NCBI GenBank assembly: GCA_964506185.1
Contig: CAZDKL010000001.1
Span: 23,196 to 87,195, forward strand
DNA length: 64,000 bases
Origin: an uncultured Candidatus Peribacteria bacterium
GTDB taxonomy: Bacteria; Patescibacteriota; Gracilibacteria; Peribacterales; Peribacteraceae
Reading direction: 5' to 3'
Position 1 is the stretch's first letter; the number at the start of each line of letters is the position of its first letter. The notes beneath the pieces are model-generated. The model ran no database searches and was not told the origin of the DNA. It saw only the letters and a program-made list of their open reading frames with translations. The position numbers and the translations under genes were made by a program. This document shows positions 61,274-64,000 of this stretch, piece by piece.

Positions 61274-61765
61274 ATGTCCTTACATTCACAAGAACATCAA
61301 AAAGAGTTTGAGCCATCAAGAGCACCTGCAACAGTGAAATATCTGTTAGAGATTCATGAGCAAATGAAAGACAGTTATGAAAATTTTAATTGTGGAGTTG
61401 TTGCCGATAAGATTGCACGCAAGTTGATCATGGATGATGAAATCAGTGCAGAGCTAGTGTGCATCATGAATGTGTATGAGGAAGTTCGTCATCCTGTTGA
61501 ATGCGATGAGCTAAATCCATTATTTCCACCCTTCAGAACAGAAATAAAGAAAATACTTCCCACGCAGTACAAAGGAAAAATGGAGCCCTGGCATAGCCAC
61601 CTAGTATGCTGTGCTGGTGAATATGCTTTCGATCCAATTATTGGTGAACCTGTGCATATCTCCCAATATACTCAGCGCCTGTGTGAGAGCAGCATTGAAA
61701 TGAAAGTCCAAGAAACTGGAGACACCATAAGGCGTAAATTCGGAATAGACTCACGAGATAAATGA
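61274..61765 (+). CDS. hypothetical protein (163 aa)
   Basis: ORF with host-like composition within the cluster. No motif recognised. Confidence 0.55.
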   Translation: MSLHSQEHQKEFEPSRAPATVKYLLEIHEQMKDSYENFNCGVVADKIARKLIMDDEISAELVCIMNVYEEVRHPVECDELNPLFPPFRTEIKKILPTQYKGKMEPWHSHLVCCAGEYAFDPIIGEPVHISQYTQRLCESSIEMKVQETGDTIRRKFGIDSRDK

Positions 61766-61844
61766 CAGGAGCACATGCAATTTGCTCTAAAAAACCCCAG
61801 AAAACGCTTCCTTAAGCCGATTCCAACGGATAAGATGCCGTTCA

Positions 61845-62843
61845 ATGGAAGATTTCTCCCAGTCCTCAATTCTCGTTACAGGCGGTACAGGATCCTTCGG
61901 CAAGAAGTTTGTTGAAGTACTTCTGAGGGGCGTTCACCCGCGAAAATTGATAGTTTTCAGCCGGGATGAGCTAAAGCAATATGAGATGAAGAATGACGGT
62001 TTTGACGCGCCTTGTATGAGGTATTTCATCGGAGATGTAAGGGACAAGGAGAGACTGGAGCGCGCTATGAGAGGAGTGGATATCGTCGTCCACGCGGCAG
62101 CTCTTAAGCATGTTCCCGCTTGTGAGTACAATCCGATTGAAGCTGTGCAGACAAACATCATGGGTGCGCAGAACATAATAAACTCTGCAATTGATACCGG
62201 AGTTAAGAGGGTACTGGCACTGAGCACCGACAAAGCTGTAAATCCAATTAATCTTTATGGCGCAACTAAGTTGTGTGCGGAAAAACTTTTCGTACAAGGA
62301 AACGCATATTCCGGAGTAGGCGGAACACTATTCAGCTGCGTCCGTTACGGAAACGTGGTTGGAAGCAGAGGAAGCGTGATCCCGTTGTTTATGAAGCAAA
62401 AGCAAACGGGGAAAATTACAATTACTGACGATAGGATGACAAGGTTTTGGATTACTTTGGAACAAGGAGTTCAGTTTGTTTTGAATTCCATGGAAACAAT
62501 GCAGGGCGGAGAGATCTTTATTCCAAAGATCCCGAGCATGAAGTTAACTGACCTTGCAGAAGCAATTGCTCCGGGATGCCAGCAAGAAGTAATTGGAATC
62601 CGCCCGGGAGAAAAACTTCATGAAGCTTTGATATCGGAAGATGAATCCAGGCACACGGTCGAAAAAGAAAATGCTTATGTAATCCAGCCGGAGAATCCTC
62701 TGTGGACAGAAGCACATCCTGAATTAACCAATCTACAGGAGGGATTCAGTTACACAAGCGACAAGAATAGTCATTGGCTGACGGTCGAAGACTTGAGGAA
62801 TATGCTTTCTGTTAGAGAGCCAATCGAATCGTTTACTTGTTAA
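61845..62843 (+). CDS. pseB: UDP-N-acetylglucosamine 4,6-dehydratase (inverting), PseB/FlaA1-type
   Basis: ILVTGGTGSFGKKF..VFSRDELKQYEM..RYFIGDVRD..HAAALKHVPACEYNP..STDKAVNPINLYGATK..RYGNVVGSRGSV..MTRFWITL is collinear with H. pylori FlaA1 as I recall it. Confidence 0.9.
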   Translation: MEDFSQSSILVTGGTGSFGKKFVEVLLRGVHPRKLIVFSRDELKQYEMKNDGFDAPCMRYFIGDVRDKERLERAMRGVDIVVHAAALKHVPACEYNPIEAVQTNIMGAQNIINSAIDTGVKRVLALSTDKAVNPINLYGATKLCAEKLFVQGNAYSGVGGTLFSCVRYGNVVGSRGSVIPLFMKQKQTGKITITDDRMTRFWITLEQGVQFVLNSMETMQGGEIFIPKIPSMKLTDLAEAIAPGCQQEVIGIRPGEKLHEALISEDESRHTVEKENAYVIQPENPLWTEAHPELTNLQEGFSYTSDKNSHWLTVEDLRNMLSVREPIESFTC

Positions 62844-62898
62844 TTCGTTAATTCGGAATATTTCTAACATAACGAATTAACGAAGTAACGAATTAACG
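62841..62898. repeat. word-palindrome repeat (TAATTCG/CGAATTA words)
   Basis: taattcgttaattcgg faces cgaattaacgaagtaacgaattaacg. The first word contains the pseB stop codon. Confidence 0.75.
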
Positions 62899-62916
62899 GT
62901 AACATAAGGCCTATCA

Positions 62917-64000
62917 ATGTCATCAACTCTTGCCATAAACGGCGGCTCCCCTGTCAGAGATACCCTACTCCCCTACAGCCGCCAATTAATCGACGGAGAA
63001 GATAAGGAAGCTGTTTTGGAGGTTCTTCAATCGGATTGGCTCACAACCGGTCCTAAGATTCAGGAATTCGAAAAAGAGTTTGCGTCTTTTGTTGGGGCTA
63101 ATGATGCTATCGCTGTAAGCAACGGAACCGCCGCACTTCATGCTGCAATGTTTGCAGCGGGCATCTCGGCAGGAGATGAGGTGATTGTTCCTGCAATGAC
63201 ATTTGTTTCAACTGCAAACTCAGTCGTTTTTCAGAAAGGCAAACCTGTGTTTGTTGACGTTGATGCTGATTCGCTTTTGATCGATCCAAAGAAAGTTGAG
63301 GAGGCCATAACGAAGAAGACCAAAGCAATTGTTGCAGTGGATTACACGGGACAACCTTGTGATTACGATTCGCTGAGCCGGATTGCGGAAAAGAATCAGC
63401 TGACATTGATTGCTGATGCGTGCCACGCTCTCGGCGGAATGAACGAGGGTCAATCGGTCGGGTCTTTGGCTGACCTGAGTACGTTCAGTTTCCATGCAGT
63501 TAAACCTCTGGCAACCGGAGAGGGCGGAATGATCACGACTAACAACCCGCACTTCCCGAAAGTAATGAGGGAATTCAGAAATCATTGCATCTCCAGCGAT
63601 CATCGCGAGAGGCACGAAGCAGGTTCATGGTTTTATGAAGTGGATCAACTTGGATTTAATTACAGGCTGACTGATTTTCAGTGTGCGCTTGGTATTAGCC
63701 AACTTAAGAAGGTGCCTAAGTGGACTTCGCGCAGGCAGGAGATTGCACAGATTTACGACAAAGCATTCTCGAATCTTGATGAAGTTACTCCTCTTAAAGT
63801 AAGGGAAGATGTTTCTCATGCATATCATCTATACGTAGTTAAGCTGGAATTGGATTCTCTTAGAGTAAATCGAGATGAGATCTTTAAAGCGCTTAGAGCC
63901 GAGAATATGGGGGTAAATGTCCACTATATTCCGGTCCATCTGCATCCGTTCTATGTGAATAATTTCGGGACCAAAGAGGGTCAATGCCCGAACGCTGAGG
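62917..64000 (+). CDS. pseC: UDP-4-amino-4,6-dideoxy-HexNAc transaminase, PseC-like (DegT family); 3' end cut by window edge
   Basis: My own translation is open to nt 64000: LPYSRQLIDGEDKEAVLEVLQSDWLTTGP..SNGTAALH..FSFHAVKPLATGEGG..GFNYRLTDFQCALG. It is not in the ORF track because no stop is reached. Confidence 0.85.
   Translation, partial: MSSTLAINGGSPVRDTLLPYSRQLIDGEDKEAVLEVLQSDWLTTGPKIQEFEKEFASFVGANDAIAVSNGTAALHAAMFAAGISAGDEVIVPAMTFVSTANSVVFQKGKPVFVDVDADSLLIDPKKVEEAITKKTKAIVAVDYTGQPCDYDSLSRIAEKNQLTLIADACHALGGMNEGQSVGSLADLSTFSFHAVKPLATGEGGMITTNNPHFPKVMREFRNHCISSDHRERHEAGSWFYEVDQLGFNYRLTDFQCALGISQLKKVPKWTSRRQEIAQIYDKAFSNLDEVTPLKVREDVSHAYHLYVVKLELDSLRVNRDEIFKALRAENMGVNVHYIPVHLHPFYVNNFGTKEGQCPNAE

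Noticed and set aside
1-64000. Alternative genetic code (UGA recoding, as in some CPR lineages)
   Set aside because: Conserved genes terminate at TGA at the expected lengths (for example sufU, ftsX and the methyltransferase). No conserved gene is interrupted by in-frame TGA.

Overview
This is a 64-kb chromosomal segment from an AT-rich bacterium. My hand counts of 60-nt lines give about 38% GC in ordinary genes. It uses the standard genetic code: TGA, TAA and TAG all terminate full-length conserved genes. Ordinary genes almost never have a Shine-Dalgarno (SD) sequence. Gene content and style suggest an uncultivated CPR/Patescibacteria-like lineage, but that is inference only. The supporting traits are a short PolX, many GT-C/GtrA/polyprenyl-phosphate-sugar genes, a lone type IV pilin and very short spacers.

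nt 1-35,600 carry housekeeping and envelope genes: sufS-sufU, rpsF-rpsR-yebC, PBP1A, ftsX, recO, a VanW protein, RNase HI, S41 and M16 peptidases, ndk, rpmH (missing from the ORF track), pheT, polX and ahcY. Two tRNAs are present, Thr-GGU and Ser-GGA. nt 35,600-64,000 form a ~28-kb surface-glycan cluster. It contains ugd, several SDR epimerases, a TviB/WbpO-like dehydrogenase, GT2/GT4/GT-C transferases, GtrA proteins, a KpsS-like protein, a FemAB-like protein, a methyltransferase, two DegT aminotransferases, a cytidylyltransferase, a nucleotidyltransferase-APS-kinase fusion, pseB and a 3'-truncated pseC. I saw no rRNA, CRISPR array, transposase, integrase or reverse transcriptase.

The most unusual observations are:
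- Seven short GC-rich (50-63% in sampled lines) single-gene cassettes sit in intergenic spacers. All but the zinc-finger gene (31855-32073), which lacks a clear promoter and has an awkward SD, and 34520-34780, for which I found no convincing promoter, have their own sigma70-like promoter and strong SD, and most also have a leader hairpin and a GC-hairpin terminator. Two lie directly downstream of the tRNA genes and share a nested leader hairpin.
- A divergent second copy of the polX 3' end is separated from the intact gene by a GC-rich inverted-repeat element. The arms of that element recur next to a 13-nt duplicate of the tRNA-Thr 5' end.
- A family of intergenic 'word palindromes' (tandem 6-8-mers arranged as inverted repeats around GC tips) supplies or abuts several stop codons and also leaks into coding sequence.

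All functional calls come from motif recognition by eye. No database searches were run.
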